From Kosakonia calanthes (GTDB taxonomy: Bacteria > Pseudomonadota > Gammaproteobacteria > Enterobacterales > Enterobacteriaceae): a stretch of 24,000 nucleotides of DNA. The stretch's first letter is position 1, and the number at the start of each line of letters is the position of its first letter. The notes under the pieces were generated by a model. The model was given only the letters and a program-made list of their open reading frames with translations, was not told the DNA's origin and did no database searches. Location: positions 10,406 to 34,405 of the forward strand of contig NZ_CP151800.1 of NCBI RefSeq assembly GCF_038449125.1. Direction: 5' to 3'. Position numbers and translations under genes: made by a program. Below, one piece after another: positions 1-9,723 of the stretch.

Positions 1-116
1 CCGGCGATCGCGATACCATCCGGCAATAAAATTTTTATTAAAAACAAAACACCCTCTGTATTTAACAGGGCATGGTGAGCGGCTTCGCTATGCCCAAAAC
101 CCGGAGACAGACAGTT

Positions 117-1409
117 ATGGATATTTCTGTAACGACTGCAAAACCAGGGCGTCGCCGTTATTTGACGCTGCTGATGATCTTTATCACGGTCGTCATTTGT
201 TATGTCGATCGCGCCAACCTGGCGGTGGCCTCTGCGCATATTCAGGAAGAATTCGGTATCAGCAAAGCGGAAATGGGCTACGTCTTTTCGGCCTTCGCCT
301 GGCTGTACACGCTGTGCCAAATTCCCGGCGGCTGGTTCCTCGACCGCGTCGGCTCTCGCCTGACCTATTTCATCGCTATTTTTGGCTGGTCGGTCGCCAC
401 GCTGTTCCAGGGCTTCGCCACCGGCTTGCTCTCGCTGATTGGCCTGCGCGCCATCACCGGTGTTTTTGAAGCCCCGGCTTTTCCGACCAACAACCGCATG
501 GTGACCAGTTGGTTCCCGGAGCGCGAACGCGCGTCAGCGGTCGGTTTCTACACCTCCGGGCAGTTTGTCGGTCTGGCCTTTCTCACTCCGCTGCTTATTT
601 GGATCCAGGAACTGCTGAGCTGGCACTGGGTGTTTATCATCACCGGCGGTATCGGCATCATCTGGTCGTTTATCTGGATTAAGGTCTACCAGCCGCCGCG
701 CCTGACCAAAAGTGTTGGCCAGGCGGAACTGGACTACATCAAAGAGGGCGGCGGCCTGATCGATGGCGACGCGCCGGTGAAAAAAGAGGCGCGCCAGCCG
801 CTGACCAAATCAGAGTGGAAACTGGTTTTCCACCGCAAACTGGTTGGTGTTTATATTGGGCAATTTGCTGTCACCTCAACGCTGTGGTTCTTCCTGACCT
901 GGTTCCCGAACTATTTGACCCAGGAAAAAGGCATCACCGCGCTGAAAGCGGGCTTTATGACCACCGTCCCGTTCCTCGCCGCGTTCTTTGGCGTGCTGCT
1001 GTCCGGCTGGGTCGCCGATACGCTGGTGAAAAAAGGCTATTCGCTGGGGATTGCGCGTAAAACGCCGATTATCTGCGGCTTGCTGATCTCCACCTGCATC
1101 ATGGGCGCGAACTACACCAACGATCCGCTGTGGATTATGTCGCTGATGGCGCTGGCCTTCTTCGGTAACGGCTTTGCGTCTATCACCTGGTCGCTGGTCT
1201 CTTCGCTGGCGCCGATGCGCCTGATCGGCTTGACCGGCGGGGTGTTTAATTTCGTCGGCGGTTTGGGCGGCATCACCGTACCGCTGGTGATTGGCTACCT
1301 GGCGCAGGATTACGGCTTTGGCCCGGCGCTGGTGTATATCTCCGCCGTGGCGCTGATCGGCGCGCTCTCCTACATTTTGCTGGTGGGCGATGTGAAGCGA
1401 GTAGGCTAA
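117..1409 (+). CDS. dgoT: D-galactonate/H+ symporter, MFS ACS family (DgoT)
   Basis: [47 protein letters not shown]...[13 protein letters not shown] closely matches E. coli DgoT as remembered. ATG at 117 is preferred over the GTG/ATG-extended start at 72 because it matches the known N-terminus. Confidence 0.95.
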   Translation: MDISVTTAKPGRRRYLTLLMIFITVVICYVDRANLAVASAHIQEEFGISKAEMGYVFSAFAWLYTLCQIPGGWFLDRVGSRLTYFIAIFGWSVATLFQGFATGLLSLIGLRAITGVFEAPAFPTNNRMVTSWFPERERASAVGFYTSGQFVGLAFLTPLLIWIQELLSWHWVFIITGGIGIIWSFIWIKVYQPPRLTKSVGQAELDYIKEGGGLIDGDAPVKKEARQPLTKSEWKLVFHRKLVGVYIGQFAVTSTLWFFLTWFPNYLTQEKGITALKAGFMTTVPFLAAFFGVLLSGWVADTLVKKGYSLGIARKTPIICGLLISTCIMGANYTNDPLWIMSLMALAFFGNGFASITWSLVSSLAPMRLIGLTGGVFNFVGGLGGITVPLVIGYLAQDYGFGPALVYISAVALIGALSYILLVGDVKRVG

Positions 1410-1459
1410 CGCCGCGTATTCCGCTACCCTGAGGCTACTTATGGCTTCAGGGTATTTTC

Positions 1460-2686
1460 ATGAAACAGCTCACCTTCGCCCCGCGCAACCATCAACTCAC
1501 CAACATCAACACCTGGACCCCGGACAGCCAATGGCTGGTGTTCGATGTGCGCCCTTCGGGGGCGTCGTTTACCAGTAAAACCATCGAACGGGTTAATGTG
1601 CACAGCGGCAAGGTTGAGGTGCTGTATACCGCGCCGGACAGTGCGCATGTCGGCGTGGTGACGGTTAACCCGCAGTCAGAAAAGTATGTATTTATTCACG
1701 GCCCGGAGAACCCGGACGCCGACTGGCAATATGATTTCCACCATCGCCGCGGTGTCGTCACCGAACATGGCCGCACGCAAAACCTCGATGCGCTGGATAT
1801 CACCGCGCCTTACACGCCCGGCGCACTGCGCGGCGGCACGCATGTGCATGTTTTCAGCCCGAACGGTGAAAATGTCAGCTTTACCTATAACGATCACGTA
1901 ATGCACGAGCTTTCCCCGGCGCGCGATCTGCGCAATGTCGCCGTTTCCGCGCCGTTTGGCCCGGTCACCCCGCCTTGTACGCATCCGCGCGAATATGGCG
2001 GCAGCCACTGGAGCGTACTGGTTAGCCGCACCACGCCGACTCCTGCGCCCGGCAGCGATGAGATCAATCGCGCTTATGAAGAAGGTTGGGTCGGCAACCA
2101 GCGGCTGGCGTTTATTGGCGATACGCTGTCAGTCAGTGGGGAAAAAGTGCCGGAGCTGTTTATTGTCGAATTACCGAACGATGAGCAGGGCTGGAAAACG
2201 CCAGGCGACGCGCCGCTGGCGGGAAGCGAACAAGCATTGCCCGCGCCGCCAAAAGGCGTGCAGCAACGGCGCCTGACTTTTACCCATCAAAAGGCGTATC
2301 CGGGGCTGGTCAATGTGCCACGCCACTGGGTGCGCGCGAACCCGCAAGCCACCGACATTGCGTTTTTAATGCGTGATAACGCAGGTGTTGTGCAGCTTTG
2401 GCTGATAAGCCCGGATGGCGGCGAATCGCGCCAGTTAACGCGCACCGAAAACGGCATTCAGTCGGCGTTTAACTGGCATCCTTCCGGCAACGCGCTGGGG
2501 TTTGTGCTGGATAATCGCATCGCGGTGTGTGACGCGAAGCGCGGTGATATCACCTTTTTAACGTCCGGTAATGCAAAGGTGCCGTCTGCGGATGCAGTGG
2601 TTTTTTCGCCGGATGGCAAACAGATTGCCTGGATGGAAGAGGTCGACGGTTTCCGCCAGTTATGGATGACAGAAACCAATCTGTAA
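1460..2686 (+). CDS. yidR: YidR, DUF3748 TolB/WD40-like beta-propeller protein
   Basis: MKQLTFAPRNHQLTNINTWTPDSQWLVFDVRPSGASF... is near-identical to E. coli YidR. It contains propeller motifs (SPDGGESRQLT, FSPDGKQIAW) and lies directly downstream of dgoT. Confidence 0.93.
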   Translation: MKQLTFAPRNHQLTNINTWTPDSQWLVFDVRPSGASFTSKTIERVNVHSGKVEVLYTAPDSAHVGVVTVNPQSEKYVFIHGPENPDADWQYDFHHRRGVVTEHGRTQNLDALDITAPYTPGALRGGTHVHVFSPNGENVSFTYNDHVMHELSPARDLRNVAVSAPFGPVTPPCTHPREYGGSHWSVLVSRTTPTPAPGSDEINRAYEEGWVGNQRLAFIGDTLSVSGEKVPELFIVELPNDEQGWKTPGDAPLAGSEQALPAPPKGVQQRRLTFTHQKAYPGLVNVPRHWVRANPQATDIAFLMRDNAGVVQLWLISPDGGESRQLTRTENGIQSAFNWHPSGNALGFVLDNRIAVCDAKRGDITFLTSGNAKVPSADAVVFSPDGKQIAWMEEVDGFRQLWMTETNL

Positions 2687-2687
2687 G

Positions 2688-3014
2688 TTAGTGCGCAGGC
2701 ATTGGCGCGGGCGGGATCAGCGAGTTAGTGGCTCTGTTTTCCCGCTCGCTTTTTTCGACCCGCGATTTGACCGAGTTATCCCGGCGAAAGAGATCCCACG
2801 GCAGCAGCAGAGTGTCCATGATGGCGGTGAAAGGCATATCCAGCGCCACCAGCGACTTGGTGCCAATCCCGGTGTCATCGTCCGATAACATCTCCGAACT
2901 GGCGCGCGTGCCAGGGTAAACGCCCTCTTTGCCGCCCGTATGCGACATCACGCTGGAACACCCCGTTAGTACCACCCCGCAAAACAATGCAGAAACTATA
3001 AGAATTGTTTTCAT
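2688..3014 (-). CDS. yidQ: YidQ, small lipoprotein (YceK/YidQ family)
   Basis: MKTILIVSALFCGVVLTGCSSVMSHTGG has a lipobox (LTGC). The start is set at the MKTIL Met (3014) rather than the track's 3122. It sits divergent from ibpA as in E. coli. Confidence 0.88.
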   Translation of the reverse strand: MKTILIVSALFCGVVLTGCSSVMSHTGGKEGVYPGTRASSEMLSDDDTGIGTKSLVALDMPFTAIMDTLLLPWDLFRRDNSVKSRVEKSERENRATNSLIPPAPMPAH

Positions 3015-3194
3015 ATTCGATTGATCATCGTTGTTTGTAATTTTAATGCTGTTTGGGCGGTTATAGCCTTCCGCCAGGGAAAGCAACAGCATTAACGCTC
3101 CGCTCTGTGGCGGCATTCGCACTTTAACCCTTTGTGCTGTGATCCCAGTCTATGCACTGCGTGAGAAAGTGCAAAAAAAAGTCAGTATCGCGCC

Positions 3195-3222
3195 CTTGAA
3201 AATACTCCGCGCAACCACATTT
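3195..3222 (+). promoter_or_regulatory. Putative sigma32 heat-shock promoter of ibpAB
   Basis: CTTGAAA (3195-3201), a 13-nt spacer and CCACATTT (3215-3222) resemble the sigma32 consensus CTTGAAA-N-CCCCATNT, located upstream of ibpA. Confidence 0.75.
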
Positions 3223-3229
3223 TAGGAGT

Positions 3230-3332
3230 GTAGCCGGGGAACACGCCGCAAGGGTGTTTGGCTGCATTGCATGACGACCTGTCCATTGTGGAAGGTTCTT
3301 CACAATCTCGCTGATTTCAGGAGCTTTTAAGT
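3230..3332 (+). promoter_or_regulatory. ROSE-like RNA thermometer in ibpA 5' UTR
   Basis: Contains ATTGTG..CACAAT and CTCGCTGATTTCAGGAG just before ATG. The UYGCU-like anti-SD motif faces the Shine-Dalgarno, as in enterobacterial ibpA ROSE elements. Confidence 0.7.
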
Positions 3333-3746
3333 ATGCGTAACTTTGATCTTTCCCCACTGTATCGTTCAGCTATCGGTTTTGATCGCCTGTTTAACCTGTT
3401 AGAAAACAACCCGAACCAGAGCAACAACGGTTACCCTCCATACAACGTTGAGTTAGTGGATGAAAACCACTATCGCATCGCTATCGCTGTGGCAGGCTTC
3501 GCCGAGAGCGAACTGGACATTACCGCGCAGGACAATCTGCTGGTGGTGAAAGGTTCCCATACCGCCGAGCAGAAAGAGCGCAGCTATCTCTACCAGGGCA
3601 TCGCCGAACGTAACTTCGAGCGTAAATTCCAACTGGCAGAAAACATTCACGTCAACGGCGCCAATCTGGTGAACGGCCTGCTCTATATCGAGCTGGAACG
3701 CGTTATCCCGGAAGAGAAAAAACCGCGCCGTATCGAAATTAACTAA
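3333..3746 (+). CDS. ibpA: Small heat shock protein IbpA
   Basis: [26 protein letters not shown]...[23 protein letters not shown] with an alpha-crystallin domain. Matches E. coli IbpA. Confidence 0.97.
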   Translation: MRNFDLSPLYRSAIGFDRLFNLLENNPNQSNNGYPPYNVELVDENHYRIAIAVAGFAESELDITAQDNLLVVKGSHTAEQKERSYLYQGIAERNFERKFQLAENIHVNGANLVNGLLYIELERVIPEEKKPRRIEIN

Positions 3747-3855
3747 TTGTGTCGGGTCGCCCTCGCGGCCCAATCCCAACATGCTCGCCGACAGGGAGCA
3801 TATGTGAGCCCGCGGGCTCGCAGGTATCAACTCGCTTCTTAGAAGGAGAAACACC
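3747..3855 (+). promoter_or_regulatory. ibpA-ibpB intercistronic region with ROSE-like thermometer before ibpB
   Basis: ATGCTC(3781)..GAGCAT(3801) stem, perfect palindrome GAGCCCGCGGGCTC (3806-3819), and TCGCTTCTTAGAAGGAG next to the ibpB start, which can pair anti-SD with SD. Confidence 0.55.
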
Positions 3856-4284
3856 ATGCGTAACTATGATTTATCCCCACTTCTGCGCCAGTGGATTGGT
3901 TTTGACAAATTAGCCAACGCGCTGCAAAGCACCACCGAGCAACAGGCGTTCCCGCCCTACAACATTGAAAAGGGCGATGATAACCACTATCGCATTACCC
4001 TTGCGCTGGCGGGTTTCCGTCAGGAAGAGCTGGATATCCAGCTGGAGAACGGTCGCCTGACCATCAAAGGCACCCCGGAAAAACCGGCCAACGAACCGAA
4101 ATGGCTCCATCAAGGGCTGGTGATTCAGCCGTTCAGCCTGAGCTTTACGCTGGCGGATTTTATGGAAGTTTCTGGCGCAACCTTTACCAACGGCTTACTG
4201 CATATCGATTTGCTGCGTAACGTGCCGGAAAGCGCCGCGCCGCAGCGCATCGCCATCAGCGAACGCCCGGCGTTGAATAGCTAA
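3856..4284 (+). CDS. ibpB: Small heat shock protein IbpB
   Basis: [24 protein letters not shown]...[33 protein letters not shown] with an alpha-crystallin domain. Matches IbpB. Confidence 0.97.
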   Translation: MRNYDLSPLLRQWIGFDKLANALQSTTEQQAFPPYNIEKGDDNHYRITLALAGFRQEELDIQLENGRLTIKGTPEKPANEPKWLHQGLVIQPFSLSFTLADFMEVSGATFTNGLLHIDLLRNVPESAAPQRIAISERPALNS

Positions 4285-4303
4285 GCTATCCATTAATACT
4301 TTC

Positions 4304-4329
4304 AGCCCTGCTTCCTGGCAGGGCTTTTT
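4304..4329 (+). terminator. Rho-independent terminator of ibpAB
   Basis: AGCCCTGC-TTCCTG-GCAGGGCT followed by TTTT (8-bp stem). Confidence 0.88.
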
Positions 4330-4384
4330 GTTTCTTTCGCTGGCTGGTATACACTTGAGCAATTGCGGGATTCTGGAGACGGTT

Positions 4385-5470
4385 ATGCTTGGCGAACAGC
4401 TTGAGATTGAAGGACTTATCGGCGTAGGGCGCGCTCAATTAGCACTCGAACCCGACCAGCATATTTATACCTTTATTGGTCCTAACGGCGTGGGTAAAAC
4501 CAAAATGCTGGAAGCGCTGTTCCAGGTCTTATTTTTTAATAATGAGCTGGTAAAAAAAGCACTGACCTCGCATGACCCGGCTTTTTTCAGCTTCAAATCA
4601 TTCTCCACAAATCGCCCTGAGTTATCCGTTCTGCAAACAGAAGGGAATTATTCTCCACCCTGGCCGATTGCTCGTAAATTCTTGCCTGCGTCGTTGGCGC
4701 ATCACCTTCCAGTCGTTTTTCTGGGTGCCCAGTCTCGTGGGACGATAACGCAGGAAAATGGGATTCCTAACATCGCTTTAGGCGCGCTGGAAACACGTAG
4801 AAGGGTCTATTTCCAGTCTCTGGCAAGGCAGATGCAATTTGATTTCGGCTCCATGAATATGTCCGCCAGTATTCAGGAGTGGTTTATCTCAATTGCCCGT
4901 TCATCTAATCGTTGGCAGAAAAGTGAAGATAACCGCGAAATAGAAATTTCGACGGTTCTGCGGTTATTGCATGAAATCGACGCGCGAATTGACCCGGAGT
5001 TTATGGAAATTGGCGGCGATGATCGGGTCAGCTTAAAAGTTGACGGGCAGATTCGCGAGATAAGCCAATTAAGCTCTGGCTTTACTTCCATCCTTAAGCT
5101 GATTCAGGCCATCGTTTCGGGTTATAGCTATTTCACGAATGAAAGCAACATTCAGAGGGTGAAGGGCGTTGTTTTTATTGATGAGATAGAAAGTCATCTG
5201 CATCTTTCCTGGCAGGCGAACATCATTCCGTTGTTGAAGAAATTGTTCCCCAACACCACTTTTTACATCACCACGCACTCATCCATTGTCCTCGCGCAGC
5301 TTAAAGAAGGCGAAGCGTATAACCTTTACCGGGATGAGGATGGGATTGTTAAAACCAAAAAAATAGCCGCACCGAATAAAGCCGCCCTGGCTGATATTCT
5401 GAAAGATTTGTTTAGCGTTGATATTAACCAGATGAAGCTTGAGAACAGCAGCGTGTACTCTGTTGCCTGA
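4385..5470 (+). CDS. AAA family ATPase, ABC/OLD-like, stand-alone
   Basis: Walker A IGPNGVGKTKML, signature-like LSSGFTSILKLI, Walker B GVVFIDEIESHL, and the H-loop region YITTHSSIVLAQL. ATG at 4385 is preferred over the track's TTG at 4328. Confidence 0.85.
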   Translation: MLGEQLEIEGLIGVGRAQLALEPDQHIYTFIGPNGVGKTKMLEALFQVLFFNNELVKKALTSHDPAFFSFKSFSTNRPELSVLQTEGNYSPPWPIARKFLPASLAHHLPVVFLGAQSRGTITQENGIPNIALGALETRRRVYFQSLARQMQFDFGSMNMSASIQEWFISIARSSNRWQKSEDNREIEISTVLRLLHEIDARIDPEFMEIGGDDRVSLKVDGQIREISQLSSGFTSILKLIQAIVSGYSYFTNESNIQRVKGVVFIDEIESHLHLSWQANIIPLLKKLFPNTTFYITTHSSIVLAQLKEGEAYNLYRDEDGIVKTKKIAAPNKAALADILKDLFSVDINQMKLENSSVYSVA

Positions 5471-5494
5471 TGGCGCTTCGCTTATCAGGCCTAC
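5464..5494 (+). repeat. REP/BIME element copy 1
   Basis: TTGCCTGATGGCGCTTCGCTTATCAGGCCTAC matches the enterobacterial REP/PU consensus and overlaps the ATPase stop codon. Confidence 0.85.
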
Positions 5495-5530
5495 TCAATA
5501 ACTTCTCAACTTGTTGTTATGAAAGATTTT

Positions 5531-5565
5531 GTAGGCCGGGTAAGGCATAGCCGCCGCCCGACATA
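5531..5565 (-). repeat. REP/BIME element copy 2, inverted
   Basis: GTAGGCCGGGTAAGGCATAGCCGCCGCCCGACA is the inverted REP form, completing a BIME pair. Confidence 0.85.
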
Positions 5566-5597
5566 AACGCTGCTCTATCCTTTGTCTTCAATTTGAA

Positions 5598-5621
5598 GGC
5601 TCCGAATCCGGAGCCTTTTTT
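5598..5621 (+). terminator. Rho-independent terminator downstream of AAA ATPase
   Basis: GGCTCCG-AATC-CGGAGCC followed by T6. Confidence 0.9.
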
Positions 5622-5623
5622 GT

Positions 5624-6889
5624 TTATGCCCGCACACGCTGCAAAAACCGCTGGCGCCACGGTTTCAGCACAAAGAACGCCAGCAGCGCACAGAGAATAT
5701 CCAGCGTAATGGCGCAGCCAAACACCAGGTTCCAGCTACCGGTTTGCTGATACATCAGCGCCGCCAGCGGGCCGCCGAAGATCGAACCAATTCCCTGCGA
5801 GATATAAAGCCAGCCGTAATTCGAGGTCGCGTGCTGTGTGCCGAAGGTATCGGTCAGCGTCGCCGGGAACAACGAGAAGATCTCGCCCCAGCCGAAGAAA
5901 ACCACCCCGGAAAGCAGCACAAACAGCAGCGGATCATCTTTGCACAGCAGCCACAGTGCCATCGCACAACCTTCCAGACCGAAGGCGACAAACATCATAT
6001 TCTCGCGGCCAATGCGGTCGGAAATATAACCGCACACCGGGCGCGTTAAGCCATTCATAAAGCGGTCGATGGTCATCGCCAGCGGTAACGCCGCCATGCC
6101 CATCACTGTTACCGCCGTAATACCGAAATCTTCGGCGAAAATCGCCATTTGCGAGGTCACCATCAGGCCGGACGTGGACATCATGGTCATCATCACAAAC
6201 ATCAGCCAGAACAGCGGTTTACGCAGCATCTCTTTGGAGGTGAAGCTTTTATCGCTCATCGTCAGGTTGCTGTTGATCTCCTGCGTGCTCACGCGCTGCG
6301 GCGCGCGCAGACCCTGGCTGGCGAGAAAACCGACCACCGCCATTACCAAACCAAATTGCCACAGCGTGTTCTCCAGCCCTTTGGCCGCCAGCGATTGAGT
6401 CACCGGGAAAGTAGTGAGGATCGCGCCCATGCCGTAGCCTGCCGCCACCATCCCTGTGGCAAACCCGCGTTTTTCCGGGAACCAGCGCACCATCAGGCCA
6501 ACCACGCCGATATAGACAATCCCGGTGCCGAGGCCGCCCAGCACGCCGTAATAAAGGTAGAGTTCCGTCAGGCTGCTGATGGTCGCGGTCAGCATCCAGC
6601 TCACGCCGCTCAGCACGGTGCCGATGGCAATCAAACGGCGCGGGCCAAATTTATCAATCAACCTTCCCTGGAACGGGGAAAAGAAGGTTTGCAGAATAAT
6701 CAGCAGGGAAAACGTGAGCTGAATTTCCGCCAGCGGCACGCCGAGCTTTTCCATAAAGGGACGTGTCAGCAGCGCCCAGACATACTGCGGGCTGGAAATC
6801 GACACCATGCACAGTAAGCCGAGCGCCAGTTGCACCCATTTCTTTGCCGGGCTTGTCACCACCGCGTTGGTTAAGGTTGTATTTGTCAT
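5624..6889 (-). CDS. MFS transporter, oxalate/formate antiporter (OFA) family-like
   Basis: 12-TM MFS protein with GRLIDKFGPRRL and GYISDRIGREN loops and the WGEIFSLFPATLTDTFGTQHATSNYG signature typical of OFA-family members. Confidence 0.82.
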   Translation of the reverse strand: MTNTTLTNAVVTSPAKKWVQLALGLLCMVSISSPQYVWALLTRPFMEKLGVPLAEIQLTFSLLIILQTFFSPFQGRLIDKFGPRRLIAIGTVLSGVSWMLTATISSLTELYLYYGVLGGLGTGIVYIGVVGLMVRWFPEKRGFATGMVAAGYGMGAILTTFPVTQSLAAKGLENTLWQFGLVMAVVGFLASQGLRAPQRVSTQEINSNLTMSDKSFTSKEMLRKPLFWLMFVMMTMMSTSGLMVTSQMAIFAEDFGITAVTVMGMAALPLAMTIDRFMNGLTRPVCGYISDRIGRENMMFVAFGLEGCAMALWLLCKDDPLLFVLLSGVVFFGWGEIFSLFPATLTDTFGTQHATSNYGWLYISQGIGSIFGGPLAALMYQQTGSWNLVFGCAITLDILCALLAFFVLKPWRQRFLQRVRA

Positions 6890-7164
6890 TCTGCCACCCT
6901 GTGTTTAACAAAAGTGGGCTTTTGCATTAACCATGCCATAACCTGTTGTGGCGACAGACATTAAGCAAACGCTTAGCAGGCGTAGGGTTCGCGCGATTAC
7001 GGGGCTTGCTGGCGCTGCTTTGTTCCAGGGCAGGCTGCTTTATATGGTGCAGTTTTCGCCACATCGCGGGGCGCGAGAAGCCATGGACTTTGTGCGCCAC
7101 CACCCATACAACCGTGCTTGCCTCTGCCAGAATCCTTGTAGTCATCATGTACAGGGAAAAGATC

Positions 7165-8826
7165 ATGAGTGATATTGCGTTAACCGTGAGCGTGCTGGCG
7201 CTGGTTGCCGTGGTAGGGCTGTGGATCGGCAACGTAAAAATACGCGGCGTCGGGTTTGGCATCGGCGGGGTGCTGTTCGGCGGCATTATCGTCGGGCACT
7301 TCGTCTTCCAACTGGGCATCCCGTTAAGCAGCCCGATGCTGCTGTTTGTGCAGGAGTTCGGCCTGATCCTCTTCGTTTACACCATCGGCATTCAGGTCGG
7401 GCCGGGTTTTTTCGCCTCGCTGCGCGTCTCTGGCCTGCGTCTTAATCTGTTCGCGATTTTAATTGTGCTGATCGGCGGGCTGGTGACGGTGATTTTGCAC
7501 AAGCTGTTCGCCATTCCGCTGCCGGTGGTGCTGGGGATTTTTTCCGGCGCGGTGACCAATACGCCCGCGCTGGGCGCCGGGCAGCAAATCCTGCGTGATT
7601 TGGGGATTTCCGGTTCGCAACTTGACTTGATGGGCACAAGCTACGCGATGGCTTACCCGTTTGGTATTTGCGGGATTTTGCTGACCATGTGGCTGTTACG
7701 CGTGCTGTTTCGCGTCAATGTCGACGAAGAAGCCCGCAAACATGACGCCACGCTCAGCAGCGGCGTCTCGCATATTCGTACCATCAATATTCGCGTCGAA
7801 AACCCGAATCTCGACAAGATGGCGATTCAGGATGTGCCGATCCTCAATAGCGACAAAATCATCTGCTCGCGCCTGAAACGCGCGGATATGCTGATGGTGC
7901 CCTCGCCGGAAACGCTGATTCAGGCCGGAGATTTGTTGCATCTGGTCGGTTTGCCTAAGGATTTGCATAACGCCCAACTGGTGATCGGCCAGGAAGTGGA
8001 TACGTCACTGTCGACGCGCGGCACGGATTTGCGCGTTGAGCGCGTGGTGGTGACCAACGAAAAAGTGCTCGGCAAAAAAATCCGCGATCTGCATTTCAAA
8101 GAGCGCTACGACGTGGTGATTTCTCGCCTCAATCGCGCCGGGGTTGAACTGGTCGCCAGCTCAGATGCCAGCCTGCAGTTCGGTGACATCCTCAATTTGG
8201 TTGGGCGCCCAACGGCGATTGAAGCCGTCGCCAATGAAGTGGGCAACGCGCAGCAAAAATTGCAGCAAGTGCAGATGCTGCCGGTGTTTATTGGCATCGG
8301 GCTTGGCGTGCTGCTCGGCTCCGTTCCGCTGTTTATCCCCGGTTTTCCGGTGGCGCTGAAATTAGGCTTGGCGGGCGGGCCGCTGATCATGGCGCTGATC
8401 CTCGGGCGTATCGGCACCATCGGTAAGCTGTACTGGTTTATGCCGCCGAGCGCCAACCTGGCGCTGCGCGAATTAGGCATTGTGCTGTTTCTGGCGGTAG
8501 TCGGGCTGAAATCCGGCGGGGATTTTATCGCCACGCTGACGCAAGGCGACGGCGTGAAGTGGATGTGTTTCGGCATTTTTATTACCGCGATTCCGCTGCT
8601 TTCCGTCGGCATCCTGGCGCGAACGCTCGGGAAAATGAACTATTTAACGCTGTGCGGCATGCTGGCGGGTTCGATGACCGATCCGCCCGCGCTGGCTTTC
8701 GCTAACGGTTTGCACGCCACCAGCGGCGCCGCTGCGCTTTCCTATGCCACGGTTTACCCGCTGGTGATGTTTCTGCGCATTATGACGCCGCAACTGCTGG
8801 CCGTGCTGCTGTGGGGAATGGGGTGA
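7165..8826 (+). CDS. yidE: YidE, AspT/YidE/YbjL antiporter duplication-domain transporter with TrkA-C domains
   Basis: [28 protein letters not shown]... matches E. coli YidE. The ATG at 7165 is used rather than the 73-aa upstream extension. Confidence 0.94.
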   Translation: MSDIALTVSVLALVAVVGLWIGNVKIRGVGFGIGGVLFGGIIVGHFVFQLGIPLSSPMLLFVQEFGLILFVYTIGIQVGPGFFASLRVSGLRLNLFAILIVLIGGLVTVILHKLFAIPLPVVLGIFSGAVTNTPALGAGQQILRDLGISGSQLDLMGTSYAMAYPFGICGILLTMWLLRVLFRVNVDEEARKHDATLSSGVSHIRTINIRVENPNLDKMAIQDVPILNSDKIICSRLKRADMLMVPSPETLIQAGDLLHLVGLPKDLHNAQLVIGQEVDTSLSTRGTDLRVERVVVTNEKVLGKKIRDLHFKERYDVVISRLNRAGVELVASSDASLQFGDILNLVGRPTAIEAVANEVGNAQQKLQQVQMLPVFIGIGLGVLLGSVPLFIPGFPVALKLGLAGGPLIMALILGRIGTIGKLYWFMPPSANLALRELGIVLFLAVVGLKSGGDFIATLTQGDGVKWMCFGIFITAIPLLSVGILARTLGKMNYLTLCGMLAGSMTDPPALAFANGLHATSGAAALSYATVYPLVMFLRIMTPQLLAVLLWGMG

Positions 8827-9723
8827 TTAGGGTTTCTCGTCACCGGCATCGTCAGGGTGCCGGTTTGGCATTTTACGCACCGCCGACGGCGCATAGCCAA
8901 ACTTCTGCTTAAACGCTTTGCTGAAGTGAAAGGAGTCAAAAAAGTTCAGCATATCAGCGATATGCGCGATGGAATTCCCCTCCTGCTTCAGCAGTGACTG
9001 CGCCAATTCAAGGCGTGCATCCAGGTAATACTCTTTCGGTGTTTTGCCGGTGTAACGCAAAAACAGCCGCCGCAACCAGGGTTCGCTGCACTGCATCCAT
9101 TGCGCCATTTCACTCACCGTCCAGCGTTTTTGCGGAGAGGCATGCAGGGCGGTAATTAATTTTTCGATATGCAATAACTGGCTATCCTTTATTCCATTTT
9201 CAGAAATAAGACAAATCCACTGATATATTATTTTGGTAAGAAAGGCCACTGCCAGGTTATTTTTCATCGGATCGCGGCTGGCGATAAGCGTCGCGACATT
9301 ACTGAGTTCCTGATTAAACACGCTGCCATTATAAATAATAGCCTGCTGTAATAATGGTATTTCCATAACGCTGGTAGGGATAAACTCCATCCAGTATTGT
9401 TCCCAAAGTAAACCGTCGCAATGATATTTTTTTATATCGGTTGGCTTTAAGAATATAACGCAATTTCCATTGAGGGTAATTTCAATATCGCCTTTAAGGT
9501 ATATTTTCCCGCAGCCTTGCAGGGTGTAAATCGCCACCCAGGAGTTAGCAATCAGCGGCTTTTTCTTATCACGAGGCCAGTAAACCCGGTAGCTTTCATC
9601 CGCAAGTGTGTGCCAGAGTGAAATGAGCGTAATTCCGCTTGAGATCACATTTTCTTCAAGAACCAGCGGAATATTGTAAGTAGTTTCGGTTTTTACATCC
9701 GAAAAATAATTTTTTCCATTCAT
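8827..9723 (-). CDS. yidL: AraC-family transcriptional regulator (YidL-like)
   Basis: C-terminal AraC HTH: EMAQWMQCSEPWLRRLFLRYTGKTPKEYYLDARLELAQSLL...SIAHIADMLNFFDSFHFSKAFKQKFGYAPSAVRK. Divergent from yidK. Start at 9723 has an SD (GGAGAAAATAAAATG). Confidence 0.85.
   Translation of the reverse strand: MNGKNYFSDVKTETTYNIPLVLEENVISSGITLISLWHTLADESYRVYWPRDKKKPLIANSWVAIYTLQGCGKIYLKGDIEITLNGNCVIFLKPTDIKKYHCDGLLWEQYWMEFIPTSVMEIPLLQQAIIYNGSVFNQELSNVATLIASRDPMKNNLAVAFLTKIIYQWICLISENGIKDSQLLHIEKLITALHASPQKRWTVSEMAQWMQCSEPWLRRLFLRYTGKTPKEYYLDARLELAQSLLKQEGNSIAHIADMLNFFDSFHFSKAFKQKFGYAPSAVRKMPNRHPDDAGDEKP

Noticed and set aside
5744-6817. Several plus-strand ORFs (101, 74, 109 and 222 aa) in the MFS gene
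   Set aside because: All antisense to the 421-aa MFS transporter. The composition is Arg/His/Gln-rich with no domain.
6946-7164. 73-codon N-terminal extension of YidE in the ORF track
   Set aside because: YidE homologs start MSDIALTVS, which is at 7165. The extension is just open frame over the promoter region.
6927-7319. 130-aa minus-strand ORF overlapping the yidE start
   Set aside because: Pro/Thr/Ser-rich antisense translation with no domain, overlapping well-supported yidE coding.
8106-8612. 168-aa minus-strand ORF inside yidE
   Set aside because: Shadow ORF antisense to strongly conserved yidE.
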